A stretch of DNA of 18,320 bases, taken from Bacteriovoracia bacterium. GTDB taxonomy: Bacteria > Bdellovibrionota > Bacteriovoracia > Bacteriovoracales > Bacteriovoracaceae. The stretch spans positions 1 through 18,320 of the forward strand of contig JBKHVI010000050.1 in assembly GCA_046570105.1 (NCBI GenBank). Reading direction: 5' to 3'. The notes beneath the pieces were generated by a model. That model saw only the letters and a list, made by a program, of their open reading frames with translations, ran no database searches and was not told where the DNA came from. Position numbers and translations under genes: made by a program. This document shows, one piece after another, positions 7,681 through 16,041 of this stretch; position 1 is the stretch's first letter; each line of letters begins with the position of its first letter.

Positions 7681-9063
7681 TTAAGTTATAGCGAGAAGAG
7701 ACTCTAATTGTAAAGAGCGACTGCCCTTGATTAAGACGTGTGTTCTGCCCTGGGTCATTCGATCCCACTCACTTCCCTTAAATTGTTTTGCCTCTGTGTA
7801 GCTCGCACCAGCACCTAAACCTTCAATGTAGTGTGCGGCATAGCGCCCAATAAATATAATCTGCGCACCCTTCCATTGCTTTAAGAATTCACCTACTTCG
7901 CGATGATATTGTGGTGCTGTATCTCCTAACTCATTCATATCTCCTAAAACCACAACAGCAGAACTTTCTGAAATTTTTTGAGCGGTCAACCAATCAAAAA
8001 ACCCAGTTAGCGCAACTTTCATGGAAGACGGATTGGCGTTATAGGCGTCCAGATATATTTTTTTGCCTCGGAATTCTTTCCACTCAGAACGATTGGGTGT
8101 CGGCTTAAATTTCGATGCAGCCAAAGCCAACTCAGCGCGTTTTTCTGGAAAGAGCGTCGTCGCGATGGCCCATGATGTCGCCATATTTGTAAGATTATGA
8201 GCGCCTGTCAGCGCCTCATTGGTTAGCGTTTGATCGCCAAGTTTTCCCGAGATTTGCACGCTACCAACATTCACCTTATAAATTAAATCTGCGGACTTAT
8301 TTGTCGAGAAAGTAATGGTGCCCAATTTGCGAGGGAAAGTGGCAAGAAATGGATCGTCGATATTTTGAAAAAAGAGTCCTTCTCCAACCGCATGATAGAG
8401 ATATCCTTCTTCTTCAAATACCGCACTTTCAGTTCCGAAAAATTCCAAATGAGTTGCGCCAATATTTGTAACAAGACCGCAATTGGGCTTAGCCAAATCA
8501 CAAAGAAGTTTAATCTCTCCCGGATGATTGCTACCCAGCTCTAAAACACAAACCTTCGTTTCTGGTTTGATTTGCAGAACCGTCAGAGGAACACCCAGGT
8601 GGTTGTTATTATTTTTTTCTGTTGCCACCACTTCATTTGGCATCACACTTTTCAGTAAGAAGGCCAACATCTCTTTGTGGGTCGTTTTGCCATTGGATCC
8701 TGATATGGCAAAAATCTTACCACCACGATCTCGCCAGTTGCGCACATGAAGGCTGCCCAACTCTTGAGTAAAACTTACTGCATCTCTCACACCAACATAG
8801 ACTCGATCAGCAAACTGTTCTTTCAATTCGCGAATAATTTCTTCATTGGTTGGATTCTTTTGATAAATGACAACGGGACAACCCTTCTCTAATAAAGGTT
8901 TTACGTATTCTAGTGGATTATGTTTGGAACCAGGAAAAGCCATGAACATCGAAGGGTGTATGTAGTGTCGAGTATCGCTGCAAAACCCTAGAAGAGTTTC
9001 AGTTAGACTACCAGTAATAGCCATTACGCTTTCGCATTGAGTGATTAGACGAGTATCAATCAT
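7681..9063 (-). CDS. murF: UDP-MurNAc-tripeptide--D-Ala-D-Ala ligase
   Basis: DTR, SGSNGKTT, NNHLGVPLT, ELGSNHPGEI, TNIGATHLE, HNLTN, DAYNANPSSM, GDMNELG, KGSR. Confidence 0.96.
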   Translation of the reverse strand: MIDTRLITQCESVMAITGSLTETLLGFCSDTRHYIHPSMFMAFPGSKHNPLEYVKPLLEKGCPVVIYQKNPTNEEIIRELKEQFADRVYVGVRDAVSFTQELGSLHVRNWRDRGGKIFAISGSNGKTTHKEMLAFLLKSVMPNEVVATEKNNNNHLGVPLTVLQIKPETKVCVLELGSNHPGEIKLLCDLAKPNCGLVTNIGATHLEFFGTESAVFEEEGYLYHAVGEGLFFQNIDDPFLATFPRKLGTITFSTNKSADLIYKVNVGSVQISGKLGDQTLTNEALTGAHNLTNMATSWAIATTLFPEKRAELALAASKFKPTPNRSEWKEFRGKKIYLDAYNANPSSMKVALTGFFDWLTAQKISESSAVVVLGDMNELGDTAPQYHREVGEFLKQWKGAQIIFIGRYAAHYIEGLGAGASYTEAKQFKGSEWDRMTQGRTHVLIKGSRSLQLESLLAIT

Positions 9064-10462
9064 GACCTATTCCTTGCTGCTTAATTACAAATTTATCAAG
9101 TTCATCAATATCGCTGTAAGGCATTTTTGTGATGCCTTTTAGGATATAATCCTCATGTCCTTTTCCTGCCAGCAGTAGGACTTGATTTATTTTTAAAGAT
9201 TCAAGTGCCTCACGTACAGCTATAGGCCTATCAACCTCTTGAGTAACCTTACTCTTATCAGCTATTCCGGTCATGATATCCTGCATGATTTGAACAGGAT
9301 CTTCTGTGCGCGGATTGTCACTTGTTAGGATTATTTTGCTGGCCCATTTTTCGACAGCTCGGCCCATCAGTGGTCTTTTCTTTCTATCACGGTCACCACC
9401 ACAGCCAAACAAGACAACTAATTCTTTAGAAGGAAATGTTTCTCTAATGGCTTTCATTATATTCTCTAGTGCGTCGGGAGTATGAGCAAAATCTACTACG
9501 GCCGTCTTTCCACTCCACTCTCGAATATAAAATCTCCCCGGTGGAGGATTTAGTGCGGCTAAATTTAAATTTCCCCTGGATATACCCAAAGACTCAACAA
9601 GAGAAAGCGCACAGAGTAAATTCTCTTCATTAAATTTTGTTTTAAAAAATAAGGACAACTGCTGTTTTTCTAAAACTGTTAGGGGTTTTGTGGTTTGTAA
9701 CAATTTTATATTTTTTAACTTCTCTCTTAATTCTAACTGACCTTCTGGAATAAAAAGAGCACCACTACTCGCAATACTTCTGACAATTAAACACTTGGCC
9801 TGAAAATATTCATCCATTGAGTTGTGATAATCAAGGTGATCTTGAGTAAAGCTTGTCCATGCTGCGGAAACAAACTCTAGGCCAAAAACTCGCTCTTGCT
9901 GAAGAGCATGTGAACTAGCTTCCATAACTACAAAATCTGAACCCACTCCATACTTATGAATAAGTTGATGCAGTTGAATTTGTCCGGGTGTTGTTAATCC
10001 AAACTCTTCTAGCGTTTTACCATTTTTACGAATCCCCAGCGTTCCAATCGAGAAACCTTGTAGGCCTGCCTGCTCACCAAGTTGCAATGTAAGATCGGCC
10101 GTAGTGGTTTTTCCATTTGTTCCGGTTATTGCCAGCATCTTAAGCTGGCCTGGATAGGGAAAATAAAATTGGCAAAGTTCAAATAAACACTGAGACCAAG
10201 CTCCTTGTTTAATAACAATTGTAGGCACGCCGGTATCAAATAATGGCTCACGACTAAGGATTAAAATTGCTGGTCTGTAGGTTTTGAGGCGATCCGACAA
10301 CTTCTGACTGGAAGCCTGATCCTCATTTAGCTGATAAGCCACTGCTGTTTCAGGACTCGATTTCTCAAGCCTCCATTCTAATATCTTAATTGATGTGAGA
10401 TTTGTGGCACTACCACTTTGAATGAAGGGTTGTATCTTAGCGATTAATTCTTCACTCTTCAT
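9056..10462 (-). CDS. murE: UDP-MurNAc-L-Ala-D-Glu--meso-DAP ligase with divergent N-terminal domain
   Basis: TGTNGKTTT, TTP, MEASSHAL, DHLDYH, YFQAK, DFAHTPDAL, FGCGGDRD, KRPLMG, DNPR (meso-DAP specificity motif), AGKGHE. Confidence 0.95.
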   Translation of the reverse strand: MKSEELIAKIQPFIQSGSATNLTSIKILEWRLEKSSPETAVAYQLNEDQASSQKLSDRLKTYRPAILILSREPLFDTGVPTIVIKQGAWSQCLFELCQFYFPYPGQLKMLAITGTNGKTTTADLTLQLGEQAGLQGFSIGTLGIRKNGKTLEEFGLTTPGQIQLHQLIHKYGVGSDFVVMEASSHALQQERVFGLEFVSAAWTSFTQDHLDYHNSMDEYFQAKCLIVRSIASSGALFIPEGQLELREKLKNIKLLQTTKPLTVLEKQQLSLFFKTKFNEENLLCALSLVESLGISRGNLNLAALNPPPGRFYIREWSGKTAVVDFAHTPDALENIMKAIRETFPSKELVVLFGCGGDRDRKKRPLMGRAVEKWASKIILTSDNPRTEDPVQIMQDIMTGIADKSKVTQEVDRPIAVREALESLKINQVLLLAGKGHEDYILKGITKMPYSDIDELDKFVIKQQGIGHD

Positions 10463-12365
10463 AAGTGGGTGGGCTGAAGTGCAATCTCAATTCGTTGGCA
10501 GAGCTTAGTGTCTCACCCGCAACTGGATGTTGTCGTGACACAACTCCAAATCCAGTCAATTCAATTTGCAAATCTAGTGATTCAGCCATTCTTAAAGCTG
10601 AGGCTTTATCCATTCCTATGAAATTTGGCATTCTTCCCGCTCCAATATAGCGTCGTGATGCCTGTGAGGTATTTACGGTATCAAGATTTTTTGCGTTCGA
10701 TTCTGAATTATATTGAGCGAACTTAGAAAAGTCTTTTGTCTTATATAAAAGATGTTGCGTGATTTTTCTAAATACTGGCGCTGCGGCTACGTTACCGTAA
10801 TAACCATTGGCTTTTGGATTATCAATGTAGACCAAGACAACAAATGGACGAGATACATTCACTGGATAGCCGGCGAAGCTTGATATATAGCCTTCGTATC
10901 CGCCGCGCTCTGAAACACGCTGAGCCGTTCCAGTCTTACCTGCAATTGCATAGTGCGGAATCTTTGCTGCGGTTCCCGTACCATTTTCAACAGCATTCAC
11001 AAGCATGCCTGTCACTTGCTCAGCTGTTCTCTTGGTAAGAATTCTATTTTTTGGCTTAAGCTGAGATTCGTTCGATTTAATAAGTGTCGGCTGAACAAGA
11101 TATCCCCCATTGGCGATAGCCGCATATGTTCTCAGCATCTGAATGGCAGTTGTAGCAACTCCATGACCGAAACTTATATTAGATAAAGTTAGAGGTTTTA
11201 CTTTGTCGGCCTTAGTCATTATGCCTTTTGACTCACCCGTAACTTGAATGCCAGTTTTTTGCCCAATTCCAAATTTATCCAATGATTTTTTAAGACGTGG
11301 ATAAGTTAGATCAAATGCCATTTTTGTGGTGCCAACGTTTGAGCTATATTTCAAAATGTCGGCGACGGTAAGCCATTCAAACTTTTTATCAGACTCCGCT
11401 TCTGTGATGTAATGGTTTTGTACTCTTAATTTTCCATACTCACAAAAATATTTCTTTTCCGGTAATGCCGTCTTGTGCTCAAGGGCAGCCGCAACTGTAA
11501 GAGTTTTAAAAATAGATCCCGGTTCAAAAGGATCAGTCACAAAAGCCAACTTTCTATTTTCTACTGGATACTTTGTTGCGCTGTTGGGATCAAACGTTGG
11601 ATAGTTGGCCATCGCCAAAATCTCTCCCGTTTCTGCATCCATAACACCAGCTCCACCACGAAATGCTTTGTGATGAACAACTGCTTCTTTTAGATAGCTC
11701 TCTAGAGCACCTTGTAGCTCTTTATCAATTGAAAGGGCGATGTCCTTAGCGGGACGAGCTCGCGTTTCAATATTTTCATATTTAATAGGACGGCCCTTAG
11801 CATCGCGATGATAACGAACCAATTGAGCCTCACCCTTTAAATCAGAATTCATCGCCCGCTCAATACCTGCCATGCCGGTGTTGTCGATACCAGTGAAACC
11901 TAAGATTTGTGCTGAAAGCTCATGATTGGGATATACACGCGTACTGTGCTCTTCAAGATGTATGGCGCTAAGTTTTTTGATTTTTTGAACTTGATCATCA
12001 GTTAAGCGAATACGACGCGCGAGCCACGTATACTTTTGACGATTTTTTACTTTGCTCCAAAGACTATTGTAAGTGAGTTCCGGAACAACGAGAGATAGAC
12101 CCTTGATCTGCTTTACATAATCCAGGCCCTTCTTTCTCGGAAAAGTATACAAATTCCAAGTCTGCACATTAATTGCGAGGGGAGTACCGTGTCGATCGAC
12201 AATATTCCCACGATTAGGAAATTCCCGCGTCTCACGCATAAACTGACTGCGAGCATACGCCAGCAATCGGTCTTTTTGGACAAGTTGGATATAAAAAGCC
12301 TTAGCTCCAACAAGCGTAAAAAGAATTACGAAAATAAAAAACGTTATTTGAATCCGAGTCTTCAC
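10452..12365 (-). CDS. ftsI: Class B penicillin-binding protein FtsI (PBP3) with C-terminal PASTA-like domain
   Basis: GTG start; N-terminal TM; RGNIVDR, RVYP; SxxK (EPGSIFK), SxN (SSN), KTG; C-terminal MPNFIGM...GFGVVSRQHPVAG. Confidence 0.96.
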   Translation of the reverse strand: MKTRIQITFFIFVILFTLVGAKAFYIQLVQKDRLLAYARSQFMRETREFPNRGNIVDRHGTPLAINVQTWNLYTFPRKKGLDYVKQIKGLSLVVPELTYNSLWSKVKNRQKYTWLARRIRLTDDQVQKIKKLSAIHLEEHSTRVYPNHELSAQILGFTGIDNTGMAGIERAMNSDLKGEAQLVRYHRDAKGRPIKYENIETRARPAKDIALSIDKELQGALESYLKEAVVHHKAFRGGAGVMDAETGEILAMANYPTFDPNSATKYPVENRKLAFVTDPFEPGSIFKTLTVAAALEHKTALPEKKYFCEYGKLRVQNHYITEAESDKKFEWLTVADILKYSSNVGTTKMAFDLTYPRLKKSLDKFGIGQKTGIQVTGESKGIMTKADKVKPLTLSNISFGHGVATTAIQMLRTYAAIANGGYLVQPTLIKSNESQLKPKNRILTKRTAEQVTGMLVNAVENGTGTAAKIPHYAIAGKTGTAQRVSERGGYEGYISSFAGYPVNVSRPFVVLVYIDNPKANGYYGNVAAAPVFRKITQHLLYKTKDFSKFAQYNSESNAKNLDTVNTSQASRRYIGAGRMPNFIGMDKASALRMAESLDLQIELTGFGVVSRQHPVAGETLSSANELRLHFSPPTYEE

Positions 12366-12377
12366 AGGCCCCCTATA

Positions 12378-12399
12378 CTAAGCACATCCATGTGCTTAG
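12378..12399 (-). promoter_or_regulatory. Perfect inverted repeat between ftsL and ftsI; CsrA/Rsm-consensus stem-loop or DNA operator
   Basis: CTAAGCACAT-CC-ATGTGCTTAG. The mRNA centre ACAUGGAUGU fits (A/U)CANGGANG(U/A). Confidence 0.6.
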
Positions 12400-12713
12400 G
12401 GAATGAGGATTATCTGCTCAGGGCCCGGCTCTTTCAGATTGAACTTCTCCGCATATTCGCGAAGACGTTGCACTGAGAGCATCCGTGCCCTTTGCGCTTT
12501 TAGTTCCTTGTTTTGGACCAATACCTTATTCATAGTATTTTCCAAACCGTCTAGCTGATAGGCCTGTTCGATTGACTTCATCCTGATAGTCACGAACAAG
12601 ACGGCCATACAAGAGAACGTTAATGTAAAAGGTAAAATACGAGGGTGGAACAAAGTCTGAATGACTTTATTGTCTTTCCAACTAACGCTAGTCTTCTTGT
12701 TCCTCAGAGCCAT
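12396..12713 (-). CDS. ftsL: Cell division protein FtsL (probable start 12713; in-frame ATGs also at 12716 and 12725)
   Basis: Lies between rsmH and ftsI; basic N-terminus, one TM, leucine-zipper coiled coil, LSVQRLREYAEKFNLKEP end; GGAGG SD at 12719-12723. Confidence 0.85.
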   Translation of the reverse strand: MALRNKKTSVSWKDNKVIQTLFHPRILPFTLTFSCMAVLFVTIRMKSIEQAYQLDGLENTMNKVLVQNKELKAQRARMLSVQRLREYAEKFNLKEPGPEQIILIP

Positions 12714-13656
12714 CATACCCTCCATGGTGTTCTGTTCGCCGCATGACCCTTAGCTTGGCACTCCTTGCCCTAGGGTTCGAATCCACTTCGCGCGCGCTTG
12801 GAACAATTGGCTTCTTAGTCAATATTGTAACGCGGTTCTCTGACTTCGCCACTATTTCTTTATAGGTATGTTTTACGATTCGATCTTCCAAGGAATGGAA
12901 GCTGATGATGGCAGCTGTTCCACCTTCAGCTAATAATTCTGGAAGACCAGCGAGCATTCTTTCTAAAGATCCGAGTTCGTCGTTTACTGCAATTCGCAGA
13001 GCCTGAAATGTGCGTGTGGCCGGATGGGCACCACGATGTCTTTGCTGAGGAGGATAAGAAAGAAAACAGGCTTCTTCTAATTCACCCGTGGTCCTATAGG
13101 GCCTCTCTTTTCTTTTTTCACATATGCGAGCGGCAATTCTGCGAGACAATCTTTCTTCACCATATTTAAAAATCAAATTAGCCAAATCTTCCTCTGGGAG
13201 CGAGTTTACAAGATCGGCCGCAGTCTCAATTGAATCGTCTGAAGTATCCATTCGCATATCAAGCGGAGCATCTGAGCGAAAAGAAAATCCGCGCTCACCA
13301 GCATCAAATTGGTGAGAAGAAACACCAAGATCAGCCAACACACCATTAAATAAACCTGGTTGATTTGTTTTAAACCAATCAGCTAATTGATCAAAGTTAG
13401 CATGCACTAACTTAGCGCGATCGGCCCAGCCGTTCTGCTCCAAGAGCTTTTGTCCGTTCTTGATTGCGTCGGGATCTCGGTCAAATGCGATCAAGCGAGC
13501 AGTCGGATTACGACGTAAAATTTCTGAGCTATGACCTCCACCACCAAAGGTGAGGTCAGCAAAAAGTGGTTTACCTACCCCTTCTGCCCCTACGGAAAGT
13601 GCATGAAGGCACTCTTCTAAAAGGACAGAAACGTGGGGGAGATAGGTGTCACTCAC
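12688..13656 (-). CDS. rsmH: 16S rRNA m4C1402 methyltransferase RsmH (MraW)
   Basis: GTG start; HVSVLL, DLTFGGGGHS, DLGVSS, RGFSF, LDMRMD, YGEE, HPATRTFQALRIAVN, SFHSLEDRIVK, NPRARSAKLR. Confidence 0.98.
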   Translation of the reverse strand: MSDTYLPHVSVLLEECLHALSVGAEGVGKPLFADLTFGGGGHSSEILRRNPTARLIAFDRDPDAIKNGQKLLEQNGWADRAKLVHANFDQLADWFKTNQPGLFNGVLADLGVSSHQFDAGERGFSFRSDAPLDMRMDTSDDSIETAADLVNSLPEEDLANLIFKYGEERLSRRIAARICEKRKERPYRTTGELEEACFLSYPPQQRHRGAHPATRTFQALRIAVNDELGSLERMLAGLPELLAEGGTAAIISFHSLEDRIVKHTYKEIVAKSENRVTILTKKPIVPSAREVDSNPRARSAKLRVMRRTEHHGGYDGSEEQED

Positions 13657-14495
13657 TTAAGAACGACTCCAAGAATTTCTTTATGACGTGATGTTAATTT
13701 TGCTGGGTCAGTAATCACTGCATACTTATTTTCTGGAACAAATGTAATCGGCTCTTTCACCAAAGATGGAATTAAGTGAACGACCAGCTTTTGAGCGCTG
13801 ACATAATTATCTTTCATGATCGCCATGATCTCTGAAACCTCGCAATGCTCATCTTTCCAGCAATCGTAATCTGTCACCATCGCTACAGTGGCGTAGGCCA
13901 TACCTGCTTCTTTTGCAAGATAAGATTCCGGAACGTTGGTCATGCCAATAATTGAAGCACCAAAAGAGCGATAGATCTGTGATTCAGCACGAGATGAAAA
14001 TTGCGGTCCCTCAATACAGACATAGCTTCCACCCACATGAGTTTTTACCCCAGAGGCTAAGCAAGCCTGGTGAATCCTTGCCTGAAGATTTTTTTCGACG
14101 GGATAAGCTGCTGAAACATGGCCAACCATTCCTTCGTCAAAAAAAGTTCTTTTACGTAATCCCTTCGTCCAATCAATAAACTGATCAGGAAGAACAAAAT
14201 CGCGTGGAGCGTATTGTTCTTGAAGAGATCCAACGGCTGAAATACTCACGATAGTATCTACTCCCAAAGCCTTTAGGGCGTAGATATTGGCGCGGTAATT
14301 CACTTCCGAAGGAGTTATATGATGACCAATGCCGTGCCTTGGAAGAAAAAGAAATTTCGATCCCTCTACTTCCATTTCCATGACTGGAGCACTGGGCTTA
14401 CCAAACGGGGTGTCCACATCGTGACTCCCCGTTTGTTTTATTGAATCTAATTTATAGATTCCACTTCCACCAATAACTGCAAGTTTAATACTCAT
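13653..14495 (-). CDS. mtnP: S-methyl-5'-thioadenosine phosphorylase (MTAP)
   Basis: IGGSG, TPFG, LPRHG, NYRANI, SAVGSL, PDQFID, EGPQFSSRAES, GMT, TDYDCW (DYD is typical of 6-aminopurine/MTA specificity). Confidence 0.93.
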   Translation of the reverse strand: MSIKLAVIGGSGIYKLDSIKQTGSHDVDTPFGKPSAPVMEMEVEGSKFLFLPRHGIGHHITPSEVNYRANIYALKALGVDTIVSISAVGSLQEQYAPRDFVLPDQFIDWTKGLRKRTFFDEGMVGHVSAAYPVEKNLQARIHQACLASGVKTHVGGSYVCIEGPQFSSRAESQIYRSFGASIIGMTNVPESYLAKEAGMAYATVAMVTDYDCWKDEHCEVSEIMAIMKDNYVSAQKLVVHLIPSLVKEPITFVPENKYAVITDPAKLTSRHKEILGVVLK

Positions 14496-14944
14496 TATCT
14501 AGCCGCTGCTCCTGCAGAAAAATCGAGAGTTTTCCCCATCGACTTTGACTGACGTCCATAAATATTTGAAGATTCCTCGCGCTCGGCTTCTTCTTTGCAT
14601 TGAATACACATTTCTGCCGTCGGGCGCGCAAGAAGGCGTTCGAATTTAATCATTCCGCCGCATTCATCGCATTCACCGTACTCACCGGCTTCAATTTTCT
14701 TAAGTGATTTATCAATTTTCTTTGCATAAAAAACTTCACGATTACGGAAACGTAAAAGGTGAGAGCCTTCGTAGTCTGCAACTGCGGCATCAATCTCATC
14801 ATTTACATCTTCAGTGGTGTTAAGACCTAAGTCTTCTGCACTGAGTGTTCCGCTAAAAAGAAGACTTTGCTTTTCATCCAAAAGCTTCTTTTTAAGCTGA
14901 TCAATTTGTTTCTTAGACAACGCTTTTTCTTTCACGGGTGCCAT
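14495..14944 (-). CDS. dksA: RNA polymerase-binding factor DksA (DksA/TraR C4 zinc finger)
   Basis: Coiled-coil tip DEIDAA (DxxDxA), LRFRNRE, YGECDECG...ERLLARPTAEMCIQCK; SD AAGGAG. Confidence 0.9.
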   Translation of the reverse strand: MAPVKEKALSKKQIDQLKKKLLDEKQSLLFSGTLSAEDLGLNTTEDVNDEIDAAVADYEGSHLLRFRNREVFYAKKIDKSLKKIEAGEYGECDECGGMIKFERLLARPTAEMCIQCKEEAEREESSNIYGRQSKSMGKTLDFSAGAAAR

Positions 14945-14959
14945 TGGGCCACTCCTTTG

Positions 14960-15550
14960 TTATTCAAGTCCGCCCTTAATATTGAGCAGAACCATTTTAC
15001 TAATAGTTTTTAAAGTTTCGAAAACGCCTTCTCCCTGAAAGGCCACAGCTTCAAATTCTGGTAAGCGACGTGGATTTAATTTGCTAGATAAATCCATCGT
15101 CGGGACAATATTTGGTAAATCTCTTTTATTCCACTGCATGACTGTTGGTACTCGTCCTGCCTCATAGCCTTGGGCTGCTAGATTTTTCTCTAAGCTTTCG
15201 AGGCTTTCCATGTTGGCCTCCATGCGCTCAACTTGAGAATCAGCTACAAAAACTAAACCATCAACTCCGCGAAGGATGAGTTTGCGACTAGCTTCGTAGA
15301 AAACTTGACCAGGAACTGTGTAGAGATGAAAGCGAGTCTTAAACCCACGAATCTCGCCCAGATCAAGTGGAAGAAAATCAAAGAAGAGAGTTCTTTCATT
15401 CTCAGTATTTAATGAAACCATCTGGCCCTTGTTGCCAGCTGATGTTTTCTGATAAATCCACTGAATATTAGTCGTCTTGCCGCCTAGTCCTGGACCGTAA
15501 TAGACGATTTTGCAGTTAATTTCTTTCGTATGATAATTTACAAACGACAT
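14960..15550 (-). CDS. mglA: Ras-like small GTPase MglA
   Basis: [24 protein letters not shown] (R53), YTVPGQ (Q82), FVADSQ, NKRD; colinear with myxobacterial MglA. Confidence 0.97.
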   Translation of the reverse strand: MSFVNYHTKEINCKIVYYGPGLGGKTTNIQWIYQKTSAGNKGQMVSLNTENERTLFFDFLPLDLGEIRGFKTRFHLYTVPGQVFYEASRKLILRGVDGLVFVADSQVERMEANMESLESLEKNLAAQGYEAGRVPTVMQWNKRDLPNIVPTMDLSSKLNPRRLPEFEAVAFQGEGVFETLKTISKMVLLNIKGGLE

Positions 15551-15555
15551 ATAAC

Positions 15556-16041
15556 TTATATCCCAAACAAACGATCCATCTCATCATCTGAGATGTCGCT
15601 GAATAAATAACCCTCGCGCTGGGGTTGATTAAAAACTCGCGTCTGCTTTGGAAGCTGGCGCACATGCTGGGCCAACTTTCCACCTAAACCATGAACTTGG
15701 CGTTTTAGTAGGGCCGGATTCACACAGCCTTCATAAATAGCTGCCAAGTGAAAACCTTGACCTTCGCCTTCTACCGGAAAAATCAAAACACCGTGATCTG
15801 TGCTATCAAAAACAAAACGAAAATCTTTTACATCAACCTGACCGGCAGCCTTTGCCATTGCTTTTGAAGCTTCCCAAACACCACTGCAAAGAGCAGCGAG
15901 CGCTTGCGATTGATTATCTGGCTTTCCATCCCACACCAATAGCCCATCATTGCGGACAACAAACAAACGCAACCCTCTAGGAAGCCTGTGCTTGCTCATG
16001 AACTGAGAGATGTGTTCGTGCATCATTCCGTTTATCATCAA
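15556..16041 (-). CDS. mglB: Divergent roadblock/LC7 protein MglB (GAP/GEF partner of MglA)
   Basis: Directly upstream of mgl[19 protein letters not shown], and C-terminal [13 protein letters not shown] resembling the M. xanthus MglB tail FAEISDDDIDNLF (recalled). Several possible start Mets; an ATGA overlap with recR favours 16041. Confidence 0.82.
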   Translation of the reverse strand: MMINGMMHEHISQFMSKHRLPRGLRLFVVRNDGLLVWDGKPDNQSQALAALCSGVWEASKAMAKAAGQVDVKDFRFVFDSTDHGVLIFPVEGEGQGFHLAAIYEGCVNPALLKRQVHGLGGKLAQHVRQLPKQTRVFNQPQREGYLFSDISDDEMDRLFGI

